DNA of 64,000 bases from Felis catus (lineage: Eukaryota). The position numbers and the translations under genes were made by a program. Under the pieces are notes generated by a model. The model was given only the letters and a program-made list of their open reading frames with translations, made no database searches and was not told the DNA's origin. Below, in pieces: positions 11,201 through 26,100 of this stretch. Every line of letters starts with the position of its first letter. The stretch's first letter is position 1. The stretch lies in assembly GCF_018350175.1 (NCBI RefSeq), contig NC_058370.1, positions 26,040,001 through 26,104,000 on the forward strand, read 5' to 3'.

Positions 11201-14200
11201 CCCTGGGGCCTCTAACCCACACACAACAGATGGTACGCCCATCACCTCCACGTTCCTTCGAGAAACCCCAAGCCCTAGGGAGTTCCAGTGACTTGCCCAA
11301 GGTCGAACAGCTGGGAAGTAAAGCCCAGCCCCTCCTCCCATCCCAAACTCCAGGGCTTTCCATCTGCATGGATGGCATGCAGTGGGTTTCACGGATGGTG
11401 CTTAGTGGATCACTCTTGCCAACATCTACTTTCCTGAGCAGCCCCTCAAAGAGGAATGCTGGGCCTTCCGGGGAGCCTCCCTCTGCCCTCCTCATCCCTC
11501 CCAGACTTGGCCTCTGAAGGATGCTGAGGTGACCGAGTAGCAGCCACAACCAGGAGCTCAGGCTATAATGTGCCCTCTCACACACAACAAAATAAACACA
11601 CAGAGAAAAAGGGTGGAAGGTGCCAGAAACCCCAGCCTCAGAAACTCGGGTGTGAGTCACCCCTGGTCCTGAGCTACCAAGTACTCAAGAGTCACTTGAC
11701 CTCCACAGACCTCAGCTGCTTCCAGAACCCTCCAGCCCCAAGGGATGACCCCTGAGGCACCTGTGAAACACTGCTCTTTCACGGGCTTAGGAAAGCCTTC
11801 ATGCTGCCGGCAACGTTCTCAGTAAGCCTTTCTTCTCTGGAGAGCTGCGCCTTCCTCATTTGCTGGAGGATTCTGGACTGGCCTGGCAACACTACGTACA
11901 CAGCCAGCTTTCCTGAGTGTTTTCTCACTTGCTGCACTCAACCAGGAGCTGACAGCACAAACAATGATGAGGTCAGCTTGTATTTGTCGGCACTTGCTGT
12001 GTGCCTTGCCCTACTCTGAGGACCGTATGCCTATTAAGTCATTAAACCCTCCCAGCAGCCTGAGGGGGTAACTGTGACCCCACTTGACAGATGAGGAAAC
12101 TGAGGCACAGGGAGCTATCTACGAAGTGTCCACGGTCACAGAGCTGGAAGGTGGTACAGTCAGGTTCTAAGTTGGACTCCAGAGCCCACACAACCACTGC
12201 GATTTCCTGCCTGGTCCAGGTAAAGGATTTGAGTCAGTAACACTTGGTGACAGAGGGGACATGACAGGGAAAGGAAAGGTAGCGGACTGCTAACACGGGA
12301 ACCTTGGTAGATAGCAACACCATTCACTGAGATGAGGCACAGGAGAAGTAAGCCTGGTGGCCAGGGAGAGCTACAGTGACATTCTATTTGGACAGACTGG
12401 GTGTGAGGTGTCTGTCTGTTGGACATCCAAGTCGAATGGACGTCCAAATGCAGTCCTGCTTACAGAAGAGAAATGCGAGGGTCGCAGTCCCACGTGAAGC
12501 AGAGCCTGGCCCCAGGAGCAGTGACTCCACGTGCAGGCTGCTTAGACTGTGAACCCCCAAATGAGCCCACTCGGGGCCCAGGTCACCTTCATTATTGGGG
12601 TACAAAGGCAAAGGCTCTCCGACCACCCTGTGTGTGCTCCACGTGTGGGTCCCCCTCACCCTAAAGGAGTTAATCAGCGCGAAGGTCTCAGACCAGATCT
12701 GCAAGATCCCGTCCTTGGTGACAGTCAGGAGATGCCCAATCTTCTTGAACTGCTGGATTAAAATCTGCACCTTCACAATCTCACATCCATGGTTCCTGTG
12801 GAAGGTGACAGGACAGAGAAGGACCCAAACAAAAACAGAATGAAAAGCACAGAGGGGGAAGGGCAAAGCAAGACACACACACACACACACACACACCACC
12901 AAGAAACTCAAGCTGGCTCCTCCAGAGGTGGGGCTCTGCTGGGCGGGCTTCTACCATTATCAGCCATGGCCGAAAGAAAATGACCCAAGTAGGCCGCTGG
13001 TATGAGATAGGGCTCCACAGGCAGTGGGCTCGCCTTTCAAACAACCAGCTGGCTTCCTCGTGATGGGATGGGGTCAGAGAAGGCCGAGAACAGAGGTCTT
13101 TTGCAAACCTTCCTTTATAAGAAAAAGAGTCTACGGGTGGTGAGTGGAGGGGGGATTGTGACTGAAACCTTCAAAATAAGTTTTCGGCATCTCAGGGTAG
13201 AGAAGGGAATATAAGCCAAGCATGAGATAGAAGTGGATGAGGGGACAACGTATCCAATAGAGCCCCACATACCCAAATCCTCATCTCCAAGGCCATGTGC
13301 TGAGCACAGCAAACAGCTCCTGAGGCAGGCCAGGACTCACAGGAAGCCACCGTGAAGCCTTCCCAGCAAGCTACAGTCATGCCTTCCAGTGCCTTCTGTC
13401 CTGCCCCAAGTTGGCTAAGCTGGCTGTCTGGCTACTAAAGGGCACCGCCACCTTGACTTCTGGACCCGGCTCAGCACACGCTCCTGGTGCTCCCATGCCT
13501 CCAGGCTCCGGCAGGGCAGGAAATGTCACCTCACCTCACAGGGACCCAGGGATAAGCATTTTCCTGGAGTTTGTCCTGGCTATGGGCGGAGCTTCAACTA
13601 GAACGTAGGCACCTCGATCCCTACTCCGGCCAGAGCCCTTTCCAAAGGTTGCTGTAGACACCGTGTGACCTGTGGCTGAAGGCGAACCCACGCTGAAATT
13701 CTACCTCAAAACATTCTCAGCAGAAGAGAGGGCAATGGTGTGTCTGGATATGGCTCTTTTCTCTCCCACCCACAGCCCCCAGCTCTGCCCAGTCTGCCCT
13801 CCATCACTCCCAGTGCCACCTCTGGCATCAGGCCCATGAGACTCTGAGGGGTAGATGCAACAGGTGAGAGCCATGAGAAGGGAGGGGAGCCCTCAGGAGG
13901 CGTTATCCCACGAAGCCAGCACCCAGGAGACGGGTGTTTGGTGAGCTTGGTCCAGGCTGAGGAAGGGGGAGCCAACTTTTAGGTGACTTTTTCATGAAAA
14001 TAACTAAATAGGATTTGGCTATTTTCTCTGTCAAGCTGGAAATACTCTCTGGGAACAAATAAATAGGGGAAAATAGGGACAGGCTTCTTGACGTTTTTGG
14101 TTCTGGCCCTTTAAGCACCTTGGGAATCTAAATGCCCCGAGGAAACAAAGATCCGTGAAGGTTTGGCTGTCTCTAGCAAAGTTTTAGGTCAAAACATATG

Positions 14201-16347
14201 GTTATAAAATCCTTCATTATTCATATTTGCTGACTATTCCTCAATTAAATTTTGACCAAAATTTTTTTAGTTGCCCGTTCGTGGTTTTCATTACCATCCT
14301 TCTGAATCTCCAGGTGCTCCAGGGCAGAGACTGCCTCTGGTTCATGGTCTTCCCCACGGCCTGCTCCGGGGGCAGTCCCCTGAGGACCACAGCCCCTCCT
14401 AAGCAGGCCACAAATGCACATCACCAAGCGTTGGACCACAGGACCCAGATCCCTGGCCCTGGCCACCGACACGAGGCAGGAGGTGTGCAAACCCAAGGTG
14501 GGTTACGGGAAGAGGCCTGGGCCATTGGCCAGAGCCACTGGAGGGCTCCTCGTTCTTGGGGAGTTCAGAGGGGAGGGGGCAGACAGGGCCATGGCACAGA
14601 AAGATGAGGTGAAGGTCCAGAGGGCACAGTGTACAGGAGCCAGAAGGAGGAGCAAGCAGGCTGGGTCGAGGAAGTCAAGGCATGGACAGAGCCACGTTCT
14701 CCAGGAGTGACCAATGGCCCGTTCTGGAGGCCTGGTGTGGCCTCCAGGAGCAGTCTCCTATGATGGCTTTTACTCCCTGCCCTGTGAGCCATCTGTGCCC
14801 TGACGCACTGGGCTGCAGGGTGGGGGGAAGCAGGAGGAGTAGCGTATGCTGCAGGGACAGGGAAGGCCGAACACAGCAACCCCATCACCGTCCTTCGACC
14901 TCTCTGAACCTTTGTTACCTTGTCTGTAAAGTGGGGACACATCACCTACCTTCATGCTCAGGTTCGCCTGCAGGGTTGAGGGGCTGAAATGAGCCCAGTG
15001 CCAGACCCTTGGTGGCCCCATAGAGAGTGGCTCAGGGATCTAGGGAGGGGTGCTCACAGCAGGGCCAGCCCCCACCCTGTTCACACACACCCCTTCGGTC
15101 AGGGGAGAGACTCCTTACAGCGGGATGATCCTCATGGGGAGGTGGAAGCGCAGGCGGTACTGGCTTGTCCTCATCATCTCCTTTCTCTGGAACTCACGCA
15201 TCACGTAATCCACGTACTTCTGCTGCCTCGGGAAGAAACGAAGGCAGGACAGCGCTGGCCAAACGCTCGGTGCACTGGGCTTCGGGAACCCACACCCGGC
15301 TTCCAGTTTCTCCCCCATCTTTACCAGCCCCTTCCAAGGGGCTCTGGTTGATGCTTCCCGAGGGTGGCCAAGGAGAGTAGCCAAGCCAACTGAGCTGTTC
15401 TGGAATCTGGGACGTGTGAAGGGCCTATTAGTAGGTACATAGCAGCACCTCCCTCCTTAATGAGATCCTGTAATGCTAAATGTATCTCCGCATCACCCCC
15501 ACGTTCAGCATCCTGTTTGAATCTCTTTATTCATCCCCACTTTATGGATAATAAGGCTGAGGCTCCTAACAATAGAGATGAATTGTCTCAGCTCATATAA
15601 GAAGTTAACAGCAACAGAAGACCCCGAAGCCAGGTCACTAGGGCAATTCTAGAATCTATTAACCAGCCTCATGAAGGCCAAAGTAGGCCACCATACACCA
15701 TACGCTATACAAGAAAGAGGGAGTTCTTAAGAAAGATAATTGTGTAGATAGCAGAGAATTCTGGAAACACATTTATTGTAGGATACTAAGAGAAATGAAA
15801 AAACCAACACAAAAATCAAAAATTTTGATCAAAAACCAACCAGAATGTACACATAAGCCAAGGGGGAGGGATGACAGAGCAGTTAAGCCACGACTCCTGA
15901 AGCAGAGGCCCCTTCCTCACCCAGGTGATGGAGCCATTACAGTCTGTGTCCACCTTCAAAAACAGCGCCTCCAGCATCTCATCTGACACACTGCTCAGAA
16001 TCTTCTTCGTGGCCTTAATGAAAGCCTTCACGCCCAGGGCTTCAAAAGAGAAGAGAGAACATCATGCACTGCACAGCTAGTCACTGGCCCCGTCAGCAGC
16101 CGCGGCGGTGTCCTAGGTGTCCGGGCGCTGAGGGAGGGGCACACGGAGAATCCTGTTTGCGGGCTTGTCTTCCGCATCCCACGTGTTCAGCATTCAGCCA
16201 GCCCACAGACAGTGGCCACACACCTTCCACGCCAGAGCACTGTGATGGCCCCACAGCACCACTCGGTGAGAAAAGATCAGATCCCAGTTCTGAACAAGTA
16301 AGACGGGCCAGGCACTGAGACAAAGGAAACAGATGAAAACTCAAAAA

Positions 16348-16382
<35 letters not shown>

Positions 16383-19300
16383 CTCATAATGGCAACAAAG
16401 AAACATAAGATAATTCAAATACACAGAGGGAGAGCTGAAGTCTTTTAAAGGCAGTTAAAACGCAAACTTTGGCTGGAGGGCAAGATGGGGAGAGGAGGGG
16501 AGCAGACGGGAGGGATAAAATGTTCTCCCCCTGCTGGATTTTGTGACTATAAGGGAATCTGGCTGCCTATGGGCCAATATCACTGCCTAGATTTTCTTTC
16601 TTTTTTTTTTTATAGTCACAGTCTATAAAAAGTGCTTCTAAAGTCCCCAACAAGTATCTGGAATCCTCGCCAGAGTCTGAAGGCTGTGCATTTCCTGGCT
16701 CCTCTCAGACCTCACCTCCCACTGCTGTCTCCTTCATTCTCGACTCCAACCGTAATGTCCCCAGGCCATTTCTCGCACCACCTAGTGTACTCCCACCTCA
16801 AGGCCTTTATACCATCTGGTCCCCTCCACAGGAAAGCCTTCCTGGGTACTATCTAGGGAGGCCCCCATCCCCATCACCCGGCTTCACTGTCCCTCCCCAC
16901 CCCCCATGACCTTCCTTGTTACCACCCTAGGCCATGGGCTCTGTGAGGGCAGGGGGAGCCTGTGCCCTCTGTGACTGCTTGGCCAACAGCAGATGCTTGT
17001 TCCCCAGGTGTTGCTGTTGACCCTGGGATGTGCACGCGATGATACTGGGTGCTTCTCTGTGTTTATTCACACTGACCATTTAATGAGAGGGGCTCGTGAG
17101 GAAACTGTGGCACGCAATGGTGAGCTCATGTGCCCAAGGTCACGGGGTGGTGCCCAAGGCTGACCCCGGCAATCTGGTCCTTCTGTGTGCGGATTGGGCA
17201 TCCGTCAGATGGCAGTCCGTAACACAGAGCCTTCCACATGGGAGGGAGCCAGGGACCAGAGAGCCTTTGTGCAGTGTTGAGTGAACAAATGCCCCTTGAG
17301 AGCACCACAGGGGCCAGCCCCTCTCTCAGGTGTCTAAGAAGCCGTATATATTGTTCCCCACCAAGTTATTTTATTTTATTTTTTATTTTTATTTTTTCTT
17401 TAATGTTTATTTATTTTTGAGAGAGAGAGAATGAACAGGGGAGGAGCAGAGAGAGAGGGAGACAGAATCAGAAGCAGGCTCCAGGCTCTGGGCTGTCAGC
17501 ACAGAGCCCGACGTGGGGCTCGAACTCACAAGCCATGAGATCATGACCTGAGCTGAAGTCAGATGCTCAACCGACTGAGCCACCCAGGCGCCCCCCCCCC
17601 CAACAAATTATTTTAATACACTTCTTATAAACAGTTTACCAGACAGTTTTTTGAGAATAACAATAGACGCAAAGATACTCTGGAAAGGAAACGTACACTG
17701 TGGGGTCCAGGCAGGGCCCCCTTTCCCCTCTAAAAAACAGCTCTCCCCCACCTCAAGCCGCATGGTTAATTAATCGGTCAAAACTTGCATGTGAAAATAC
17801 CATTTCCCTGGGGAGGAGGGTCACCACTAGAAATCAGGCAGGACACTTTGTGGGGGGCAGAAAATGTTCCATAGCTTGATCTGGGTGGTAGTTACGTGAA
17901 TGTATGCACATGAAGGACTCCTTGAGCTGGATGGACCCTAGGACCCGTGCATTTTGTGGCAAGTAAACTACACCTCAGTGTAAAGATGCATGTATTTCAC
18001 TTCTGAACTGCACTCTGTGAACTCTCTCACCGCCCTTCCCTGCACCTCCAACCTTAGCCAGCTCTTCCCCCTTGCCACCCCTTCCAGCTCAGAAGCCGAG
18101 GGGGTGTTATGACAGCCAACTCTCCCCAACCTGGGTGGTCCTGGGACCTTTCCTCGGGGGAGGGTCCACCCTCGCTCCCACCCTCCCAACTTACATCTGT
18201 GCCCCACTGGCACGTTCCCTCCAGCGCCCAGCACTGGACACCCCCTCTATCCACCACTTCCTGACTTGTACCCACTCACTCTCCTGAGCCACCAGTGACC
18301 TTGGAGCACACCTGATGGGGCCCTTCCTTGCCTTAGGGGCCTCCTGCCTTCAAGCAGCGACCCCACTGGTCACTCTCGTCTCCTCCAGGCTCCACTGTCT
18401 GCCTTGCCCTGTCATTTGGCATCTGCCTCCGCTCTTCTCATCACTGTCCCCTTGCTTTTCTGACACTCTCCAGTGACCTCACCTATTCACCCATCTCTGC
18501 ATCTCAGGAGAGAATGTCTCTCCCATGTCTCTGACTCTCTTCCCAAGTGTCCCCCTGACCCGTTCAACTCAGAATGTTTAAAATCCAGTTTAGGGGCGCC
18601 TGGGTGGCTCAGTCAGTTAAGCATCCAACTTCAGCTCAGGTCATGATCTCATGGTTCATGAGTTCAGGCTCTGTGAGGACAACTCAGAGCCTGAAGCCTG
18701 CTTCGGATTCTGTGTCTCCCTCTCTCTCTGCCCCTCCCCACTCATGCTCTATCTCTGTCTCTCAAAAATAAATGTTAAAAAAAGAATTTTAATAAATAAA
18801 TAAAATAATAAAAAATCCAGTTTATTATCTTTATCCCAACACACTCTCGCCTTTCCTGTGTTTGCCATCTTTGCTAATGACGTCACCTCCGGCTAGTTAC
18901 CCGGGATGGAGACTCGAGGGGGGCACGCAGCGCCCTCCCTCCTGAATCCTCACAAGAATCCCATGGTCCTAGAGGGTAGGTGCTGACATTCTCCCCATCT
19001 TGCAGGTGAGGACACAGAGGCACAGAGACATTCTGGGTTTACTCAAGAACACATAATGGCGCTGGGAGGATGTGAAACCAAAAGCCTTCCCTCACCTCCA
19101 TCGTAATGTCCACTACCTTCTGTAGGGTGGTCATGGGAGGAGCCAATCCCCTGCCTCCCACGTCCCTCCGAGTCGCTGGCAGAGACTCTTGTCCTTCTCC
19201 AGCAGCTCCAGATGTGTCACCTCCCCGTCAGATCGCTGCTGGGGCTCAAGGTCCCTCCTGACCTGAGTGCACCCACATCCTCTGTGGCCGCCTCCCTCCC

Positions 19301-20063
19301 AGCCTTGCCCCCAGGACACCCCTCACTGCCCCCCAGCACAGCAACACCCCTACACCTCTCCTCCACCGTTCCCTGCTGAGAACTGCCCTCCCCCCCATCT
19401 CCTGGGAAACTCCCACTTGACCTTTCTCTTTCTTTTTTTATAATGCCAAGAGGCAGGATTATGAACTGTTTACCTCTATTTTTTTTATATATTCATAAGC
19501 ATTTTTAAAAATAAATGCTGTATTTAAAATATTTAAGAAAATGTCTTCTAGCCTCCCCTCTGCTGTGCAGGGGGGGGAGTACGTATGTGCCCCACAGTGC
19601 TTGCATCCCTGGAACACGGTCACCAAGCACGAGCACTGCACGGTCATACCCCCTGGCTCTCCTGGGAAAGGGACTTCCTTCACTTACTTTGGTATCTGAA
19701 GTGCTACACTCAGTGTGGGGTGCCCACGGGAGCAGTTTCCATGTCAGGGCACCCAGGCCACTGCATTTGGGCCTGTCATCAGTGTCTGGCCTCTCCTGTG
19801 TAAAGTCATAAGGAAAGTCACAGGGTTTCGTGACAACTGAATCAAATCTGACAGATGGCCTGGTAACCCAGGTAGCTCTGTACCAACACTAATTCTTTTT
19901 TTTAAAGTATTCTTTTAGGGGCGCCTGGGTGGCTCAGCCGGTTAAACGTCTGGCTTCGGCTCAGGTCATGATCTCACAGTTCACGAGTTTGAGCCTCGTG
20001 TTTGGCTCACTGCTGTCAGTGCAGAGCCCACTTTGGTTCCTCTGTCTCCCTCTCCCTCTCCCT

Positions 20064-20106
<43 letters not shown>

Positions 20107-23100
20107 CCTCCCCCACTCGTGTGTACCCACATGTGCTCTCTCTAAAATAAACTTTTAAAAAATAAAAAAAAAAAACGCATTTTTAAAATTTATTTTTTAA
20201 AGTAATCTCTACACCCAACATGGGACTTGAACTCACAACCCAAGATCAAGAGTTGCACCCTCTACTGACTGAGCCAGCCAGGACCCCTCAACACCAATTC
20301 TTACCGTGCCTGGCAGCGCTTGATGAAATGTCTGTTGGCGAAAGTGGAGGCACACTCAGCTTGTGTGCCACCCATGTCCCCCCAGGAGCACCTGTATGCA
20401 AGGTCAGTGCCACACCGGCTCACAGGCTCGGGGCTGCAGGACCGCCAGCTCAATGGCTCTCCCTCGATCCCCACCCCCAGCAGCCCACAGGCTCCCCCAG
20501 GCAGGCCCCAGAGGCGAGGGTCAAGGGCACATGGACACTCTGAAGACCTCCTGGGAGATGCATGGGACTCCCCCTCAAGAACCACGGACCTTCAGGGCGC
20601 CTGGCTGGCTCAGCCATGGAGTGTGCAACTCTTGGTCTCACGGTTGTGAGTTCAAGCCCCACATTGGGTATGGGGATTACTTAAAAACAAAATCTTAAAA
20701 ATAAATACATAAATAAAAGAACCACCAACCCTTCTCAAAGACCTCCAATCAACAAATAAAAAAACTAAGGCCCCAAAAGGGAACCTGCAGAACAGAGAGC
20801 AGAACCCCAGTATCTCCCCTTTTCCCTCTGACACAGTCACTTATGGTTAGGGTTCCTAAGAAAGGCTTTGGAGCCCTTGTTTATAATCCACCTTTTTAAA
20901 AGACTTTTGAAAGAGAAAAATGATCTTACTTTCTTTTACCCTATATCAACAAAAGGTGAATTTCCTTTCCTCCATTTAAATCGTGGCCATTTTTGTTTTG
21001 TTTTGTTTTTTTTATGCAGAAGTTCTTTTTACACTGATCTGAAAAGATTTCAAGACACATTAGGTAAAAAGCAATAGGGGGAACTTTATAAAAGTTATTT
21101 TTTTAAAAAAAGCAGGAGTAGACAATTGGGGAGATCCTTTCTCAATACATACAGATATCGAATCAGCATGGTGTGCACTTCAAATATATTAAATTTATGT
21201 CAACTATAGCTCAATAAAGCTGAAATTTAAAAAAGCAAGGCGTAGAACAGCATGGACAATAGGATGCCACTGCATAAAACAGCAGGGGAGTGACTACCTG
21301 AACTTCTGGGCCTCCACCGGTCACAGGAAACCGAGAGCAGTAACCAACTGAGGGAACAGAACTGGGCAGCTGAGGGCCGGGCCCAGGGTATCATGGGAAA
21401 AGCACCTTTTGACCTGTGAACTGCATGGATATATTGCCTGCTTAAGACAAACACAAACACAATAAAAATCGTGACCAAAGTTGGCACCCTCGGGGTCCTC
21501 CAGGCACAGTGGTGGCAACTCCCAGCTGCCAAACACGGACACCAAAGAGCTCCAATGAGGAACCACGTCATCTTCAGGGCAGACACTCACCATCCCGCCC
21601 TGCCCCTCACTTTTTGTTCATTTGTACACTGGGCGTTTGTTACCCTTTCCCGCCCACATCACGATATGGCTGTAAAACTCAAGTTGACGGGGCAAGGAGC
21701 TATGCCCCCAGAGTTGGTACTCAGAGTCTAGTGGATACGAACAAAGATGCCCTTAAGTATTCCTATTATTGACCTTGATGCGTATCATCCCAAGGAGAAA
21801 AATGAAGCTCCAAAGAGAGAAAAAGTTTGATGCACAAAGGATGTTCTTAACAATGTTATGTAAATTCAATGAAACCTAAATGTCCAACTACAGGGGAATG
21901 GCTTAGTCCACCAGTAGAACGTGTGTATTCATTAGTAATGATGGTTTGGAAGACAACACAGCAGTATGTAAAAGCCCTTAAGGTGTTACACACTAAGAGA
22001 AAAAGAGGAGTCTGAAGTTACATACGTGGTATAATTACAGACACGTGAAAGCACACGTAGCCATCTGTGGCAGAGATACTTAAGGTGACCCCAGGACGCC
22101 CACCTCCCGGTGTTCATGCCCTCCCGTGATCCTCTCGAGTAAGAGAGAACCCGTGACTCGCTGCCAACCAACAGAATATGGCAGAGGTGACAGATGTACG
22201 GGGCCATGTGTACACGACTGCACACTTACAAGACCGTAGCACACATCTTGCTGGAGTTGTGAGCTCCCTGGCTACCCTGAGCCTTGAAATCTGCCGTGTC
22301 AGTGAGTCCCACATGGCCAGGAATAGAGGGCAGCTGTAGGAGCTGAAAGCAGTTGCCGCCATTAGCCAGGAAGAAACAGAAGCCCTCGGTTCTGCAGCTG
22401 CAAAGAACTGAATCCTGCCAACAACCTGAGTGAACTGGGAAGCGGATCCTTCCCGTCAAGCCCCAGATGATACCACAGCCCCAGGCTAGTGAGCAGAGGA
22501 GCCAGCAAAGCCATGCCCAGACTCCTGACCCACCGAAACTGTGAGATAATTAATGCGTGGTTTACACCTCTCGGTTTGTGGGAATACTGTTACACAGCAA
22601 TAAAAAATAAACCATACATGTGAAACAGTTTGGAAGAAAATACACCAAAATGCTGACAGTTGGTTACATCTGGGTGCTTGGATTGGGGCTATTTTTTTTT
22701 CTAGATACGAAATAGCCTCCAATGTGCTTATAATACTTAAATAATGATAAGGTTTTAAAGGAGTCACTGAATGCAACAACTGCTTGTCAAATCTGAACCC
22801 TCCACACACCCAGGTATGGGTCCCACCCTGTGCAAAAACCAGAGACTGAGTCCACAAGGTGGCTTTACCTCCGGTTGAGTCAACATCCTCCTCAAACACC
22901 TTCTCCATCTTGGCCATGGGTAGCTGGGTAAACAGTTGAGACTCACGTTGGCTAAGAGTGATGGATGACGCTGGGGAGCTAAGAACCTCCTCGCTCTTCT
23001 GGAATCCACCTGGGGTGGGTGCCTGGAACAAACATGACTACAAGAACCAGGGACTGAGAAGGTTGATCTCCGAGCTGAACATTTCTAAGCACATCATATT

Positions 23101-26100
23101 GAAAGAGAGACTCTGGGGAAGGACAGGGTATGAAGGGTTATAGTGAGGCCGTCAAATAAATCCTAACCACTTTAGACCTAAGAAGACCAAGAAAGATCTA
23201 GATTGCCTCTCCTGACTTTGGGGAGTTCACTACTGTTTCCGTTTTGCAGATGCCATGACTGAGGCTCGGCGGGGTTAGTGGACAGAGCCAGGTCTCTCAC
23301 TTCACTCATACCAGGACTCCAATTTGTAACGCTTCTGTTCAGTGACTATATTGTTTCAATCTTCAGTGCTCAGAATTCAAGACCTCGAGGAATCCAGCTG
23401 CATCTGCCCCAACCAATCTGATTTGGTCCTGAGCATCCCAGACACCTGCCTGGGTCAGGGTCAGATCAGATCGTCTGCACGCACACCAGGGCTCTAGCAG
23501 ACACCCCTGATGGGGGGCCTTCAGCTTCCTCCTCCCACTTGCTTCCCCAAGTCCCCACATAGCTGATCCCACCCCTTCAGTCCTCAACAATGAATGCCTC
23601 TTCTCTGCAGGACTCATTTTGACAAGCTAGCACAATACTTCAGGTCACAAAAGGCTTAGGTCATCAAAGGCCGTTTCCCCCAAAAGACTCCAAGAGTGGA
23701 CAATTAACCGCTGAGTGTGTGTTGTTCACTGAAATGCACTGTTTTGGGTCTTGGGCTTTCAAGAAGCCTGGTTTGGTTCAAAAAGCCAAAAGACAAGGTG
23801 TAAATTAGATGGCTCATTCTCCCTACACCAACCCTACCAAACAAGCAAACGTGCTCATCCTCCTGTGTAATTCCATTCATTCCCTCATGGTCTACACACA
23901 TTTGTTGAGTGCCAGGCAACTGGATACACGAGCGAACAGAGTAAAAGACCTGCTTTCGTGGAGCCCAACCAATGAGCTCGTTAATACTCCTACAGCCATG
24001 CAGGCCCTATATTAGACATCTCAGCACTATCTTCGGCTCGTCCCTTCTCCTATACGTTCATACTGTCCCCCGTTCTTACTGTGATTCTTCTCCTACACCT
24101 AAGTCCTCCTCCCCCACATCCCTGGCTTATCCCAGACACTGGCCTTGTGCTGGGACAAGTACAATGATGTCCCCTAACTGGGACAAGAGTTTGGCCTTCC
24201 TTTCCAATCCACCTGCCAACACTGGCATCAGTCGTCTTTCTGGAAGGCAGGGCTGATTATGACTTTACTCTTGGCTCTGACACTTTCCAGGCAACCACCA
24301 CCACCACCCTCTGCTGAGTGTGCCATTCAAAGCCCTTTGCATTGTAGCCCTGACCGGTCTTTCTAGTTTCGATGCACACACCATGGTCCAGGCACACCAA
24401 CTGCTCCCCACCATCCCCAGACACAACAAACAATCCACTTTTACTCACATGTTCCCTCTATGCAACGCAGACCATCTCCCCTGGATATGAACTCCTACTC
24501 ATTGTTCAAAGCCTGGCTCAAATGACACCTCTTCCAAGGAGTTTTTCCACAGCTTTCAGGTGACATTCATCACTGCCACCTCCACGCTCCCAAACTGCTC
24601 CTCTCTGCCATGCACGCATGATGCTTTGCATGTCTGTCTGACCATGCAGACAGCAAGGTGTGATGGGAAACACACGGCTGTAGCGTCCCAGAGCTCTGGG
24701 TTCAAATTCTGCCTGACTCTCCACTTCCCAGCTAATTTATCTCAGGCAGATCACATGCCTTCTCTGAGCCACACACCTCTCATCAGCAAAACGGATCTGC
24801 AGCGCCCAGTGCAGGGCTGTGGTGAGATCTAAACGGCCCCCAAACGTCTTGGAAGGCTCAGCAAACTGTAGTTACACAAGAAATGACAGCTCCTATTATT
24901 ACTCCTGTCTCACAGTGAGCTCTTTGAAGGCAAGGGCCTATTTAATTTATCTTAATTTAATCTTAATTCGTACTAATTATCTCCCTATTCCCCAGCCCCA
25001 AGCATACAATAGATGCTAAATACTTACCTGGCTTGATAGTAATTTGTACGGCCTATTCCACCGTTGCCACAACTTGGCTGGACAAAAGGAAGGATAGTCC
25101 ATATACAGCCTGAATTGGTAGCCTCAGATCTGTTGCATTTGGCCAATACAACCCTTTTAAAAGGGAAAACAAGCCTGCAGCAGTGGCCAGGTAAGTTACC
25201 TACATGGCCTTGTGAATATCGGAGTTTGCTACCCTGGTGCCGAGATGGGTAACTGGTAGACCTCTGTGCTGATGAGCAATGTCTGGGCGGTTCTGGAACA
25301 CCCCTCCCCTTTATCAACCTCTGATGGTCTTCTTACCTTTTGAGACTGAGAGTTCTCTCTTAAGTCCTCAGAAGACACTGGCTTTGACCTAGAATAAGGA
25401 ATCATGGTCACTTTAACTTTGTAAGACCATGTGGGGGGCTGACCTAGCCAGGTCACAAGAGGGTGGAAAAGGAGTCAGGGCCAGGGTGGAGGGTGCTGCC
25501 CCGTACCCATAGACACCCCCAGCACACATTTGGTGAGCATCCCTTTCCCCACGGGAGCTTCTCTGGCAGGAAGCTGTTCCCAAGCTTATGCCTGCAAGCT
25601 TTCTTTCCCCTGATGGGAATGAGTCATCTTATTGAAGCTCTACGGTTTCCCAAGTGAGTGCCAGAGGCTTTCTAAAGCAGGCCACACTTTCCAGAGGGAG
25701 AAGGGGCTTGGGAGGCCTGCAGTTAGACCATGTAGACTAACTACAATTCACATGTCAGGAAGATAAGCTCCAGGGATGGGCATCTGTCCAAAGGGTCAAA
25801 CATGCTCTGGAGGTAGGGAGGGATTAGGATGGCCCCACTTGCCACCACATGTACCCCCCGCCCCCATCTGCCCTCCAGTTGTGCCTGGAGACAGGATTTC
25901 TTTGGGAGAATGGACAGAACTCTCCTCACTGCAACATGGGCTCACACGAGCGTGTGGGTGCAGTCCAGTCCAGAGTTCCGCTCCGAAAATATGAAGGGCA
26001 TATTTCCACAGGGTCAGTGGCTCCTCCACGTATGATGGGAGAGAGCACTTTGTTAGGATTATTAAGAGTGTCAGTCTGCCTCGCCAGCTAGACTCGAAGA

